62,300 nt of DNA from Atractiella rhizophila (Eukaryota): positions 1-62,300 of the forward strand of contig MU271456.1 in the NCBI GenBank assembly GCA_021432655.1, given 5' to 3'. The translations under genes and the position numbers were made by a program. The notes under the pieces were generated by a model, which did not search any database, had not been told where the DNA came from, and saw only the letters and a list, made by a program, of their open reading frames with translations. Positions 1 through 13,286 of the stretch are shown one piece after another (the first letter of the stretch is position 1; each line of letters opens with the position of its first letter).

Positions 1-838
1 ATCAAGGACTTCGACTTCGCAGACAGATGCTTCCACTGCCCATCGTCCATGCCAGCTCACCACCATCCTCCAGGCTGCTGTAACATGACAGCGGCCCAAT
101 TTTATGCCTCCGTGAGTCTTTCTTTCTTCCCCTTCTTTAATACTTCTAACCAAAATGACAAAGATCGCGGAGGAGCAGACTCCTGAGCCTTGAAGTGGTG
201 CATACGTCCAGGTACGCTACTTTATCTCATCCCAGCCATTGCTTGCCCATTCTTGGATTAAATTGCAGGCGATGCGATCAACTTTGTCCTCTGACTCTGA
301 AGAGGAAAGCCATCCTGCCCAAGCCGACGGTGCGCATACAGTCGCTCCCGCTACTTTCTGTGCTAACGCTGGAGGGTACAGGGAAACTTGATGCGGCCTG
401 GCTTAATAAAGTCAACTCGCTCCTTCAATTGTTTCTGGCGAAGGGGGGTCACGTATTGAATGACAGTGCTGATACGCAGGCGCAGAGTGGTACGTCTTTA
501 CTCTTTTCGCGTTCAGAGTGGGGCTGAGGAAGGATTGTTAAGGGGATACATCCCTCTCTAGTGACGAAGCATCCGAGGACGGAAACACGACTGCCGATAC
601 CTCGACTGGCGACTTGTCGGGCAAGGATGTCAAGATTCCTGAGCCCATTTCCAGAAGCGTTTCGATCCAGCACTTTGAGTTTCTGCCTACTCCTGGCCTC
701 ACCAACGACGAGAGTGACGATGACCATAGCTGGTCCCTCCCGCAAACTCCTCAGGACGAGTCGATCAAAACAGAGGATACCCAAGAATGGGAGCATGAAG
801 CGGCGGAGCATGTCTTCGTCTTGCCTGCCGCTATGTGA
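1..838 (+). CDS. Hypothetical protein, 5'-truncated by the window edge, spliced, with an acidic Ser/Thr-rich C-terminus
   Basis: Open frame from base 1 (IKDFDFADRCFHCPSS...). GT..AG introns near 112, 212 and 490. Last exon reads ...DTSLSSDEASEDG...HVFVLPAAM* (TGA ends 838). No family recognised. Confidence 0.5.
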
Positions 839-1754
839 GGCGAACAGATCTGCGCTTATGGTCGGGGACAATATGGTATATCTAACTTTAATGGTCTCTC
901 TTTCTGCCGTTCTCTCGACTTTTCTCTTCAGCGCTCTTATCTCACCCTCGCTTCTACACTCGCTGCCCTTCCTCTAAATTTCTGCTTTCCTGCCATTGTG
1001 CGACTTCGAATTCGAGTTTGATTGACTGTCTGTTGTATAAAGTAGTATATGTCAGAGAATAGCAACACATATATTTCCTCTCGACCGTGTGCTGTTTTCA
1101 TATGATCTCTCCCGATCTGTCTCTCAACTACCTTACTTCAGAAACTCTCAGAGGTCGAATGCTAGGATCAGCACGCACGATTCGACATGGACGTCTTTCA
1201 ATACTGTGGCTTGTAGGCTGAAATGGGGGAGTGAGCAAAACCTGCCATTGTGTCCTATGGTACGAAAACAGAGACAGACAAATGGACAATTTCGCGAATA
1301 CTAGCAACTGCCGTGCAGACTTGCTGGGAGCACAAATTCTTTGCAGCACAGAACTTCTCGTTGTCTTTGTCATCATCCCAAAAGGACACCTCCATCTCAT
1401 ATGGCTCATATCTGTTAGATTCCTGTATTATTTGACATTCTGTAGAGCTCGGCCAGAGATGTAGGGATGGATGTTCATCAAGACGCGTCAAGGAACCGAT
1501 GGATATGGATGCGACGCGAGGCTGCGTCTTGTCACGTTACTACTACTCAACTGGCTTTGGTAGGTTGGTAGGTTGAATGCACGACAGACACCAGGCACAA
1601 AGCTCATCGACACAGATTGGTTCGTCTGAATTTGAACGTTAGATGTGCTACATTGTATATTGCATCGTGATTGATATACTGCGAAACAGCTGACGAACAC
1701 TCAGAGAGAGCACATTGAACAGGTGATTTAGACACTGGTTCCTTATTTCTTCTT

Positions 1755-3603
1755 TCATTCTTCATCGCTATCCTCCTCTGCTTGCTGCTCCTTAAGAAAG
1801 TCGACGAGCTTCTGAGTCGACGCCAAAAAGGATTGTTTCCCGTGAGGTGAGGCGCCTATAACCATAGAGCATGCTAAACTTGCCCGTGGACTGGAAATCA
1901 ACGAAAAGCTTACCTTTAGAATGCCAATACAGAACAGCTTCGATGGAAACCACGTCTTTGGAGTAGAGAGTGCGAAGGACCTTAGGGAAAGCGGTCATCA
2001 CCTTCGTATTCTCATAATGCCATTGCTGGATCACGTTGATCAGTAAAATCTCGGTGCGTGCTGTCTGACAAGCGCTCTCAAGCACTTCAGCGTGAGTCTG
2101 CGTTCAAAAGCTGGTCAGAAACGCACTCGCTTTTGAGAAGGAGAAAACTTACGCTGACTTGCTTCACAATCTTGGAGGAGAGATCAGTTGCTCATCACCA
2201 GTTAACAAGATTGTCACATACAGCATCGCTAGCTTGTTCCGGCTTGGCCTGTAAGTCTACATTGTTGACTAACGCTTTCCAAATCAAAGGAAGGAGTTCG
2301 TTATCCGTCAATGGCCCTTTTGCCTTCGACGTCTTGATATAGTTGATAACCTGTGTTGCCATGGACGTCACTCTCGAATTAGAGCAGGAGATGCAACAGC
2401 TCACGTCTTCGTGCGGTTCTTCATGTTCAAACATCTCCGTCAAATGGGTAGATATTTCCTCTCTCGCCAAGCTCGTAAGAATGCTATGATTGAAGTCGAC
2501 CACCGGCTTCAAATTCTCATTGGTGAAATGAGTGGCAACATCGTTACTCGTCTGTTGAGCCGGAGGGAAAAATTGAAGGAGGTTCTGGTTCCCCGTCCGT
2601 CTGAGAGAGGAAGCCATGTGTTCAGGCGTCTCTTGCTTCAAGTATGTTCGTAGGTAAATAGTGATGAAGCGTAGGGCGGTACCATCCTTCACGATAAAGT
2701 CCTTCTTGACGTAAGACACCACACTTGCAGAATCAGTCTATTAGCGACAAACATGGATGTTCTGGGGAAAGCGCACTTTGGGTTCGCGATGCCGAGAGAG
2801 ACGAAGAGTGCTGCTGCAGTCGCCAATTTCTCAACTTCCACTTCAGAGAACTTGTTCGCATGCTGCAAGATGGATTTAAGAGAATTCTCCTCAAACCCCT
2901 TCTGGAGGTATTTGTATCTACGCCATCCCGTAAACGTAGATTATGGAGTGAACAATTCGCACACCTTCGTATCAGTTTATGGAACACCTCCACGACTTTC
3001 AATGCATCCTTGAACTCGACAGGTTCTTGCATGCTCGCGAACACGGAAAACGGCGAGGCGTCCGCTCCATCGTCGACGAAAGAGCCTGACGGGGTCAAAA
3101 GCTTCCCACACAACAGAATTTCCCTAAAGCACATGCCCGCACATAACTTCAGCACCCATTCCTACATCAGGGATGGTTGGAACGGAGAGCGTACCACAGC
3201 TGTTGCTCATATCTACGAAAGTCCAACGTCTCCCCTTCAAGCTCATCTAGCTTCTTTGCGACCACATCGAAAAAGGCATATCGAGATTCGTTCGAGTTTT
3301 GCGTCGCAGGCTGATTTGGTAAAGCCTGGAGATGACGGACCAATAGATCTCTGAAGACCTCTACAATCCGCCATTTCCCGCATTAATGCCAACCCAAATC
3401 TCTTCAAATCAACATCATTACCAGGTTCAAACTTTGCCTGTGCTTTTTGAGCGCTTTTGCGAGTCTGAACCGTGCGATTAGAGAACTGGACTGGCATGCG
3501 AGAGCCATGGCTACCTTTGTCTTTACACCTGGAAACTGCTGTCAGATGTCGCTGATGGGCTAGGGAGGCACATGCCTGCTAGAGAGGGTTTGAGATTGGA
3601 CAT
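1755..3603 (-). CDS. BZW: eIF5-mimic protein (BZW/5MP; W2 domain), about 10 exons
   Basis: Spliced N-terminus MSNLKPSLAGVKTKTRKSAQKAQAKFEPEVFRD, then LDFRRYEQQLWEILLCG and KLIRRYKYLQK. W2 domain with AA-boxes: LYSKDVVSIEAVLYWHSKGASPHGKQSFL...FLKEQQAEEDSDEE*. All exons join in frame. Confidence 0.9.
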
Positions 3604-3902
3604 AAAAGAGATGTAAACTGTTTCGATCAGAGATGTTGGACGACGACTGATTCTCCAGCTTTCCTTGACGACTTTTCCGGCCGCAGATATGTCACGTGGA
3701 GTCCTTATCTCAAGCCAATTCAAGTGTGAAGCAAAAGTGAGGTGGTTAAAGCGGATAATCGCGATGATGAGAGTGAAAGAATTCATACAAACATGCCCAC
3801 GTCCGTTCAATATACTCCAGGGTTGCGGCAGTTGTTCAGAGGTATATCAATTACTCCAATATACAATGTAGCACATCCAATCCAGAAGAGTCAATAGTCA
3901 GT

Positions 3903-6900
3903 TTAAATCAAGGAGCCCTGAGCCTGTGGCTGCGGGATAGCGGAATTAAAGGAAGTAGGGAAAGGTGAAGATCCATTAGCGCTAGCTCCATTAGTCGAAG
4001 CGAACGCTCCTGACGCAGTTCCAGCCGAGGAGAAAGAGGAAGAGAATGGGGTGGTTCCAGAGGGAGTTGAGGTAGGAGTCGAGGAGAACAAGGAAGCTCC
4101 GAAGCTAGAAGAAGGTTGGAAGGGCTTGACGGTGCTTCCTCCAAACCCTGTCTTGGTGGGTTGCAGAGGTGCGGGCGTGGTGCCTATCGGATTTGAGGAA
4201 GAAAAGGTCGATGTATTGGTTGTCCCGGAGGAGAAAGCAGAGGTGGTAGAGGTCCCAGTGGGCATGGAAGAGAAAGCAGAAGAAGTAGAAGTGCCAGTAG
4301 GCATGGACGAGAATGCCGAAGCGGAAGGCAACGGAGGGACTGGAGAAGAGAAAGATCCTCCGTCTGACGACTTGAGCAGTTCCGCTCCAAACGCGCTGGA
4401 GGGAACGAACGGTTTCACCCCACCCGTGATCTGCGGTCTGAGCGGCGCAGGAGCTTGATCCATTCCATTCATAGCTGGCGATGCAGCGCTCGTGTTGGTA
4501 GAGGGAGAAGCGAGGTTAGAAGGCGAGTCTGTGCGCATGAGCGCGAACTCGCTCGCGATGTTACCCATCATCGTTCCTCCTCCCATCATCCCCGCGCCTG
4601 GCACAGGCGGGCTCGTTGCGCTGGACGCAGGCGGGAAGGGGGAGGCGCCACGAATCAAATCGTTCAGGGAAGGCGGCAAAGGCGGCGGTGTCTCTTTCCT
4701 CTCGAAATCCGAAGGGAGAGCGAATGGGTTCCTCGTGCCCGTCTTTTGCGCTACGAGCGGTTTCGGAGTCGACGACGTGTTGGACGCGGCTGGTGCGCCG
4801 AACGGATTGGGAGACGTTGCGCTGCGCGCGGGAGGCTGCATTGTCGTCCCCATACTGGCGGGTGCTGCAGGAGATGGAGCGAAAGGGGACGGCTGTCCAA
4901 AGGCGTTCGAAAATGATGAGCCGGTGGTTTGCGACTGCGGCTGAGAGAAGGCGCTCGAGAAGTCCTGTTGAGGTTGGGGTTGGGATTGAGCGAAGGGAGA
5001 GGTCTGCTGCTGCTGCTGCTGGGCAAATGCTCCAAAGGCGCCTGAAGGAGCCATGGATGGCGGAGTGGGGGTTGCGGTGGACATGAAGAGCGAAGCGGCG
5101 GTCGTCGGTGCGCTGACCACTGGTGATGGAGCGAAGACGCTCGCGAACGCGCCCGTGGGTTGAGGTTGGATCGGCATCGACATCTGCGGTGCTCCGAACG
5201 GGTTTCCTCCCGCTCCGGGTACCCCAAGGGTGGATTGTCGGAAGGGGTTTGCGCCCGTCATTTGTGGGAGGAGACCTGTTGGTTGGGGTTGCATGAAGGC
5301 GCCGAAAGGTGACTGGACCTGCTGTTGAGGAGGTGATGGAGCTTGCATCATGGCAAATGCGCCTGTCGGTTGGGCGACCAGACCTTGAGTTTGGGTGGGG
5401 TCGAGGAAGGTTGTGGATTGAGAGACGACGAAGGCGCCTTGGGGTTGCTGTTGCATCATGAACGGATTGATGGCTGCATTCTGTTGGAACCAGGCAGTGC
5501 TCGGGGAGGCGTTTCCTGGGTTCGGGTTGAACATGGATTGTTGTTCTTGCTCGATCGTTGAGAAGAAATCGAGGAAGGCAGATGGTTTCGCGCCTGGAGG
5601 TGGTTGCGTGTTTACCGTCAGCGATGGCCCTGTGGACGTCGAAGATGAAGATGGTGTGGGTTCCGGTTTCGACTGTGCTGGCTTTGAGACAGGGGCTACG
5701 AGCGACACGACAAGGTAAACGTGTGTGATAGCTAGAGGACGAAGATTGATTACATACCTTTTGTTTGAGTCTTGGGCCCACTCCCATCCGCCACTTTACT
5801 GGCTTCCTTATACTCCAGTCTATTCTGCTCAAAATTCGGATCATTAAGGTATTCCTCGAGCGACTTGGCCAAAGACACCGGTGCCTGTTCTCGCGCACAT
5901 CATATTTAAGCTCCAGAGAATAGGAATGATAGGGAGGAGGGAACACTTGCGTGTTTCAGATTGGGAATGTCGACGTTGATGATGTGCTGCAACTTCTTCG
6001 CAATCCCTAAATAGGCGACCACCATCTCGGTGTCCGAGCAAAAGGATTTATAGATCTTCAGGGCTTTGGAAGCGTCAACGTGGGACATTTCGAAGTAGTG
6101 TTCTGTTCCCATACATATTTCACACCACGATCACGGTGAATATCAGAGTATGAAGGGACGGGAAGTAAACGGACCGAGCACGTTGATTACGCCTTCGTTC
6201 AAGACTTGGAAAAGGACGAGCAGGTCCTTGACCAACAATCTGAGAGCGGACATGGTGAGTTCGTCCTCGATATTTCCGTCCAAATAAAACTATCACAGCC
6301 CTTTCAACCAAACCACGAATGGAATAGGGTAAAAATAAGGCAGGTTGCAGGACGTACTTTGCATTTGACGAGCGCATTCATCAGTCTCTCGACCATCCCC
6401 ACCTCTCTCAACAATCCCTTGTCAACCGTCAACCGTCTCAGCCTTCTCCACACCATCACTCTTCACTCCACCGAGGAGGGGAAGGGAAGCGTACCGGGAT
6501 GGTGCTACCCTGTCGCTTTTGTCCCGGATGACATCGTGTCCCAACGCTGCATACGTCTTCAGTCGGACGTGCAAGTAGCCTGCGTAGAGGTTGAGTGTAT
6601 TGGCTGTGTCGAAGCCTTCATTACCGTATCATATGGACAGCATTAGCACTTGGAGAAGGAGGCGAGAGTTGGGACGGACCAGAGATGACATCCTTTAAAC
6701 GGAGGATTTGGGAGTCGGAGGCGAGGTAACCGAAGACATTTTGAAGCGATCCCACTCTACAGACCATCCCACCACAATGTCACCAAGATGTCACGGAGCA
6801 GAAAGATAGGACGGACCGTAAGAGGGTGTGAACGATGAGTAAGGACTTGAAGACGACGATGGAGTTTGAGTCCCTCAGCTTTGGGGCGAGGGAGCGACAG

Positions 6901-7128
6901 ATGTCTTGTAGCGAGCCGTCTTGGGAGAAGGAGGCTTGTACGATGGGATCGATGTATTTCGCCTACACCGACCAATGTCATCGTGCAGCAGGGTGGGACA
7001 GATGGGAGGTACCTTTGGAGGTGCATTCTTCGGCTTCGTGCCGCCTTCCACTATCTGCAGACGTTTTTCAACCCACATATAATAAATAAGTGAGGAGGAA
7101 ACGGACGCACTTTTTTCCAGGAACTCAT
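3903..7128 (-). CDS. YAP180: ANTH-domain clathrin assembly adaptor (AP180/CALM/Yap180 family)
   Basis: Spliced MSSWKKIVEGGTKPKNAPPKAKYIDPIV, VVFKSLLIVHTLLR, NEGVINVLEHYFEMS, IPNLKHAPVSLAKSLEEYLNDPNFE. Long disordered tail (ORF 3903..5708) with NPF and LxxQxTG motifs. Confidence 0.92.
4230..4325 (-). repeat. Coding tandem repeat (SAFSSMPTGTS-like, about 2.5 copies) in the ANTH tail
   Basis: Translation ASAFSSMPTGTSTSSAFSSMPTGTSTTSAFSSG; ~39-nt imperfect unit. Confidence 0.8.
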
Positions 7129-7348
7129 TTTGTAAGTCTTTTGAGAGAATGAAGGGATGGCAGCTGTTCGGTGGATGGATCGATCACTGGTAAGTCAACG
7201 TAAGAGTGACATTCGATACCCGATAACAGCCATGTAAGAGGCTCACCTGCACTGTTACTATATCGCAAACAGTATATCGATATGTCCAACAACAACAGTG
7301 AAGTCTTCAATGCTCCAATGATAAATCGGTCTTCACCTCCGCCCGGTT

Positions 7349-10300
7349 ATGTTCTTCCACCAGACGAGGTCCGAATATGCGGATCCTCTTTCACTGACAA
7401 CGAACGAGCCACCTGACGCCAGCCGTATGCCCTCTCCCGCCAGCCAGCGAGGAGCGTCTGCCTCTCCCGCGCTCTCCATCCGGCTCCACTCCTCCGCCGA
7501 ACCATCCACGAGCTCGAACGGCAGGAAATGGTTCGCCTTTGGCTCCAATATCACCCATCCTTTCGCTTCAGCACTGGGTGCTGGCAATCATAGTGGTAAG
7601 GAGGGAAAGCAGGGCAATGGGGTGGTGGAGATGCCGAGGAGCAAGAGCTTCGAGTTCGGATTGAATAAGACCAGGGATAGAGAGAGCCAGAGGGACAGGT
7701 TGTATAAGCGGGAGAATAGAAAAGGGAAGGGAAAGGAACGTGCTGTTGCCGACCACTCCTTTGTAGGGAGCTGGAGGGAGTATGTCGGAGGCCTGTGGAG
7801 CGGAGGCAGCGATAGATTGACGAATGGCAGAACGGCGTCTAATAGCGCACTTTCCGGAGCATTCGAAAGGGCGAAGAGTGCGTACGAATGGCTGCTTGCG
7901 GACGAGGGAGAGAGGGAGAGGAACTACGAAGAGGTTTCTAAGGAGATTGAGAAGAAGGCGAGGGAGAGGGAGAGGAAGCGACTTTCCACCATCTTTTCAG
8001 AGGAAGAAGAGGAAGAGGAAACACAAGAAGAGCATGGAAATGGTTCGAATGGTCCATCAGGAGAAGAGGGGAGCGGGGTACACAAAAGGCACCTCTCCCT
8101 CGCCTTCCAGCCGCTCGACAGACGCAAACGTTCAATCTCATTCCCCTATTCTCACAGTCCAAAACACTCTCTTTCCGTCTCCTCCCGCTCACCTCCATCC
8201 ACCTACACCACTCCGCTCCTCCCACCTCCACCAAACAACGGATCACTACGGCCGAAACTCAGGCGGTACCTCTTCGTCCTACCCATCCAATACCTCCGAA
8301 TCTCTCGGCTGTCCTACATACTCCTTCTCTTCCTCCTCTTCTTAGGAGCATTCGAAATGCTCCCCTCCTTCCACGCTTCATCACCACCACCTCCGCTTCT
8401 CTCCCTTCCCTACCCTTCCCTCCACTTCCACCGACACCACCACCACTCCCACACCTCTTCCCTCCTCCGTGCCTCCTCTTCCATCCCCGCCCGCTTCCAG
8501 CTCCATCGAGCCGGCTTCCACGCCCACCCCACCTTCCCCATCCGCTACCCATCTCAAAACGCCTTCCTCGCACCACCGCACATGCACCATCAAGCGTCGG
8601 CCGGCAGGGCAGGAGCGGACACGACGGCGATACTGTTGAGTTGGAAGCGGAGGGAGAACGTGCGGGTGATCGTGGAGTGGTTGTGTCGCTTCGAATTCTT
8701 CGCCCAGATCTGGATCTGGAACAACGACCCGGATTCGCCTTTGGATCGTTCGGTACATCTTTCACTCCTTTCTCATACCTCATACCATTTCTTCTTCTGG
8801 AGTCTGTGCTGATGAGATGGTCGTGATGCAGTTCTTCAGAGATTCCACGTGCCCGCCACATCTCATTAGGATCACGAACGCGCCCACGAACCAGTTCTTC
8901 GCGGCACGCTTCCTCGCTTGTTCCCAAGCCTCCACTCCTTACTGCTACATCCAAGACGACGACTTCCTCGTCCCTTCCCTCCGACTCGCCTACAGCACTT
9001 TCCTCCACATCGTCTCCACAGAAGACAAAGTTGGTTTGAGAGGAAATGAAGAGGAGGAGGAGAGGAGAGGATTGCTCACATTGACGGACGGAAAGACGGC
9101 GGCGATGGGGAGATGGGAGTGGTGTTTCTTCTCCTCCTCCTCCAATCATAATCATACCGATCGACTCCACACTTGCTTCGCCTGGCTGGGGACTGGTGCG
9201 TTCACGACTCGTTGGGAGGCGAAAGCGTTCGTGAGGAGGATGATGGACGAGGGACGGGCGGGGGAGGAGAACGCGATGAGCGATATCTATTTTGTGGTGG
9301 AGAGGAACGAACCGCCTTATGTTGTTGAGACGAGGTTGGTGCAGTTTCAGGAGACTGCGAAGGACGGTGGATATAGTGATGGAGAGGACGGGAGGAGGAG
9401 GAATAGGCGACATATCGTGAGATTCACTTTATCATTTTGGTCGGAAGGCACATTTATGCTATTGATAGTTGAATGCGGTCCTCAAAACGGCTCAGAGGTT
9501 GCGTTTGCCCATGGAAAGCGAGGGAGGAGATGGGCGAGGAGGCATGGAAATGATCCGACTCAGAAACGAGGATACAGGAGAACTCGCAGTGGAGGTGGGC
9601 AAGGAGCCGTCAACGCATTTCGTGAGGGCAGCGAGCGTGACAGATGTGAGTGGACTATGGACGAACTTGCGTACGCCACTCCCCTCAGCTTCTTACAGCA
9701 CTCTTTTCTTATTTCATACTTATCTGGCGATACAACAGCCTTATATCCATCTCCAACCAAAATAGACTTCCCCTACTCCCTCTTCCTCTCCAACGCGACC
9801 GGCATGCGCACACTCAACGAGTGGGAAGAGCACCTCGGGTGGATAGGTAGAGGGTGGCTTGAGCCCCCGGCTGGGATTTGGGATGTTGGAGAGACTTGGG
9901 CTGTAAATTGGGGATACGGAGGAGCAGTGGATGGGGACTTTCGGACTGCTTTCAGGAGCATTGATGGTGCGTCTGTCCTTCTCCCTACTTCCTGGATGTT
10001 CAATGGGCATGCGTGATGTTGATGCCTCGATTTGCTGCAGTGATACGAGCTGGCGATGCCGTGGGTCTCGTCATGCTTCGCCCCGTAGAGGTGGACGCGC
10101 GAGCCGTGCTCCACTTGGTCCTTGAGTACGGAAGTGAGGTTCTGCAATATTTAACGCTGGAATTATCCATCGACGAGCGAACATGGGCACGTTTCTTTCT
10201 CCTTCCTTCCATTCTTCTTTAACGACACATACAGCATCCTTTAAAAAGCATTACTGTCCTAGACTGGGATTGTCTCCCCACACCTCACCGCTCCACCCTC

Positions 10301-10543
10301 CCTTCAATCTCGCTACCCGATACTCCGCTCCTTTCGCAACCTGGAAGACGTATCCTGGAAGCAGACGACAAGATGGGTTGGTGGGGAAAGCGGCGTCGCA
10401 GGGGGAGGGTGTTGGAGGAGTGTGCGGTCATGATCGAACCGGAGGAGAGGTGGAGGTTCGTACGTGTGAGGGCGGAGAGGGAACTTAATGTCGGTTGGGG
10501 AGTGTATGAGATTTGGGTCGACTTGGCTGGAGAGGATGCCTAG
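7349..10543 (+). CDS. Type II membrane protein with a GT-A (EXTL/GT64-like) glycosyltransferase domain
   Basis: Charged N-terminal region, TM helix SYILLLFLLFLGAF, then TTAILLSWKRRENV...IWIWNND, ARFLACSQASTPYCYIQDDDF (DxD motif) and LHTCFAWLGTGAF. Last exon ends ...VYEIWVDLAGEDA* (TAG 10541-10543). Confidence 0.7.
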
Positions 10544-10765
10544 TTTAAGGTGATATCTGGCAATGTTGCATCGCAGCCGTGGGAAGTTAGTACAATAATA
10601 TCGTTTGATTTCGCGGATAGCAATTTACATCATTCTTTGAAAATAGAAAGCTGTGAACTCACTGTGCTTGCATTGCTTCCTAGGTACATGAGAGTTATGT
10701 ACATTTTGACGCTACAAACTTAAGTCCATATAACACAATTCCAGAATCTCAAAGTCAACTTTCAA

Positions 10766-13286
10766 TCACCTTCTCTTTGCAGCCGACCTTCGAAACCGCT
10801 CGCTCTGCCACACCCTCTTGACTGTTTCCAACTTATTGTACAACCACGCAAAGCTGCATTTGATGCGTGTGAGTCTACGATTGCGATGGAAAGAGAGACT
10901 CACTTGAAACATATGATGAAGGCTACCGAGAATGGGACGGCAATGCTCCAGAAGAGGTCTGGCGAATCTGTTGGCCCTAAAACTCCTGGAAACTTTTGAA
11001 AGTTCATCCCTAGACGGATCTTTGAGGGCAATAACAACAGGAACCAAGCAAACTGTACCGAAATACCTAACAAAGAAACGAATATCAGCAATCAGAACAC
11101 TGGAGTGAAAAAAGAGGAGATACCCAGTCCAGAATGTTAGAGGCAAGAAAATGACTGTGACTGTCGTCAGAACAATGGTCTATCGGCCGGCTTTAGTCCA
11201 AGTGGCGAAGGACGGTAGGGACACAAACCGATTGCGAGCTGTTGTAGTTTATCATCTGCACGTAGGTCTCAATCAATGCAATAGAGGTGATAATGGGACC
11301 CACGTTAAATGTAAAATCCACCAACTATCCCTCGTCAGTTTGTGAAATTATGCTCAGATGAACACAACTTACATTCTGTGACAAAGCTGTGAAGAGATCA
11401 ACGCTGCTCAACACGCTGTCGATGTGGTCCGCGACCTGAAATGTGGTCAAAATCTATTAACCTTTTCTTTGAAAGGTCGTACATCTGTGAGATATACTTC
11501 GGTTTCCCGACTGATGAACCCTGCCTTTGTCTTCAGTATCGTGTCCGAGCTAGTTTCCTTGTCCTTTTTACGGTCTCGTACGGTTTGAAAAGTAACAGCA
11601 TCATGCATGAGATGGTTTTGAAGCTTGTGTACGAGGGCAGCGACAGGTGACATCGTACGTTTGAGAAGAAGCAGTTCGGCTGAGAGGACGTGCAAGTGTC
11701 GCACCTATTCACAGTGCAAAGATACTTGATAAGCTGTCCGAAAATGAAGGGAGAAGCCTTACTGTCGAAGCCTCAGGTTTTACGAGCACTGTGCACTGTG
11801 TCAACAAAATGGAAACGAGGAGGGAAGCTATTGCCTTGCCCTTCCAGGATCATTATCTCCCTCCTAAAAGACTCTACAATCTCCAAGGCTTGATCGGCGA
11901 CTGTTCCACCCACAATCATCCTCTAATCAGGCAGTAAAGGAAGGATGACGAACCGACGTCGAGCAAGTTATGAAGTACCATCGAAGGGTCCTCGCACATC
12001 CGCAGTGTCGAATGAGGCGAGCGGAGACGGTTGAAGAGCGGTGCAATAAGATGTGCTGCCCCTTTCTGAAAGAATGAGATGATTGTTCCATCCCTCGTCA
12101 GAAACACATTCATCTGCGCCGAACCGACGGGCACTACACCCAAATTTCTATCAAAAAATGACTGCGACGTGGACCTGAATGTGATGACAACCTTTAAAGT
12201 CTTTCGTTAGATGTCGAATTGTCTTGTCAACAACGATATTCTGCTGCCTAGGAGTTCCTTGGTCCTCTTCATGCACCTTCTCATTCCGAAACCGTCCTTT
12301 CCTCCCAATCCCGATTCCCTGTCCAAGCTGTTCAGGACCAGCATGCATGGGCGAGTCAGGATCCACGACTCCCTCTGCTTCACGCTCAAAATCCGCCGTG
12401 TCAAGTTGGATCCTCGACGGAGAAAATAGGGAGGAGAAGCGCTCCCTGAGAGATTTCCGTTTGGGCGACTGGGCCAGGTAATTGGTGTTGACATCGGAAA
12501 GGGGGTCAGATGATGGTATAACGGTGTGTAGGAGCATGTTAAGAAACAGATGTTGTTCAAAAAAATCAGCTTTAGGGCGCGTTGCTCCTGTGTGTAGAGT
12601 GTCTTCGATGGCCAGCGGATGTAGGCCTGAAGCGGGAACTGTAAGAAATGGATACTGGCAGCAAAAACGAGAATACGCACCATACTTGATGCTCACAGCT
12701 TTGAGCACATCCCAACTCATCCCATTGATGTTGATCCACCTGTGTTACACATTCGGTACATTTACCGCGAGCATGAACGGGAAACCTACCGCACTTTAGC
12801 CCAAATGGGTCTAGGTTTATCCAACAACCACTTTATAAACTTCTGATTGTCTAGGACCTCGTGCCTGAGTTGTTCTCTGTCAAAATCTGCAACCTCAATG
12901 ACGACAGGGTCATTAAGATGGGAATAATCGTCCCTGTGAGGATTGACACCCGGTTCGTCGCCTGTCGACCAAATATAGTTCTTCGAACTCGTACTTTTCT
13001 GGATGCTGATGATTTTTTTCACGGCTGACTGGAACCTAAGTTGAGAACTAGACATGGCTGGAGAAGGTTCTGTCAAGCTCCGCCCGACTGGCATGGGTGA
13101 AGCAGAAAGGATGTCCGACTGGTCCGAGAGGACGCTGGCTCGATGATCCATCCCGTTTTCCACGGATCCCTCTGTATATGATGTAGCGCCGGAGTAAGGG
13201 TTGGGCGGAGGAGCGGAACTCGTATAGCTCGTAAAGTCCATAGATGCAGGTTGGTCGTGAGTATTTCTTCTACGATTTAGGTTCAT
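10766..13286 (-). CDS. CorA-family divalent cation (Mg2+) transporter-like protein
   Basis: Spliced WAKVRWININGMSWDVL, GLHPLAIEDTL, VFLTRDGTIISFF, and TVIFLPLTFWTGYFGMNF (GMN signature) followed by a second TM helix. Confidence 0.88.

Noticed and set aside
4561..5946. 461-aa alternative-frame ORF overlapping the ANTH gene
   Set aside because: Shadow frame of GC-rich low-complexity coding sequence; it starts in an intron and has no recognisable motif.
8259..9413. 384-aa antisense ORF
   Set aside because: Antisense shadow of the glycosyltransferase-like gene, with a biased Arg/Gly composition.
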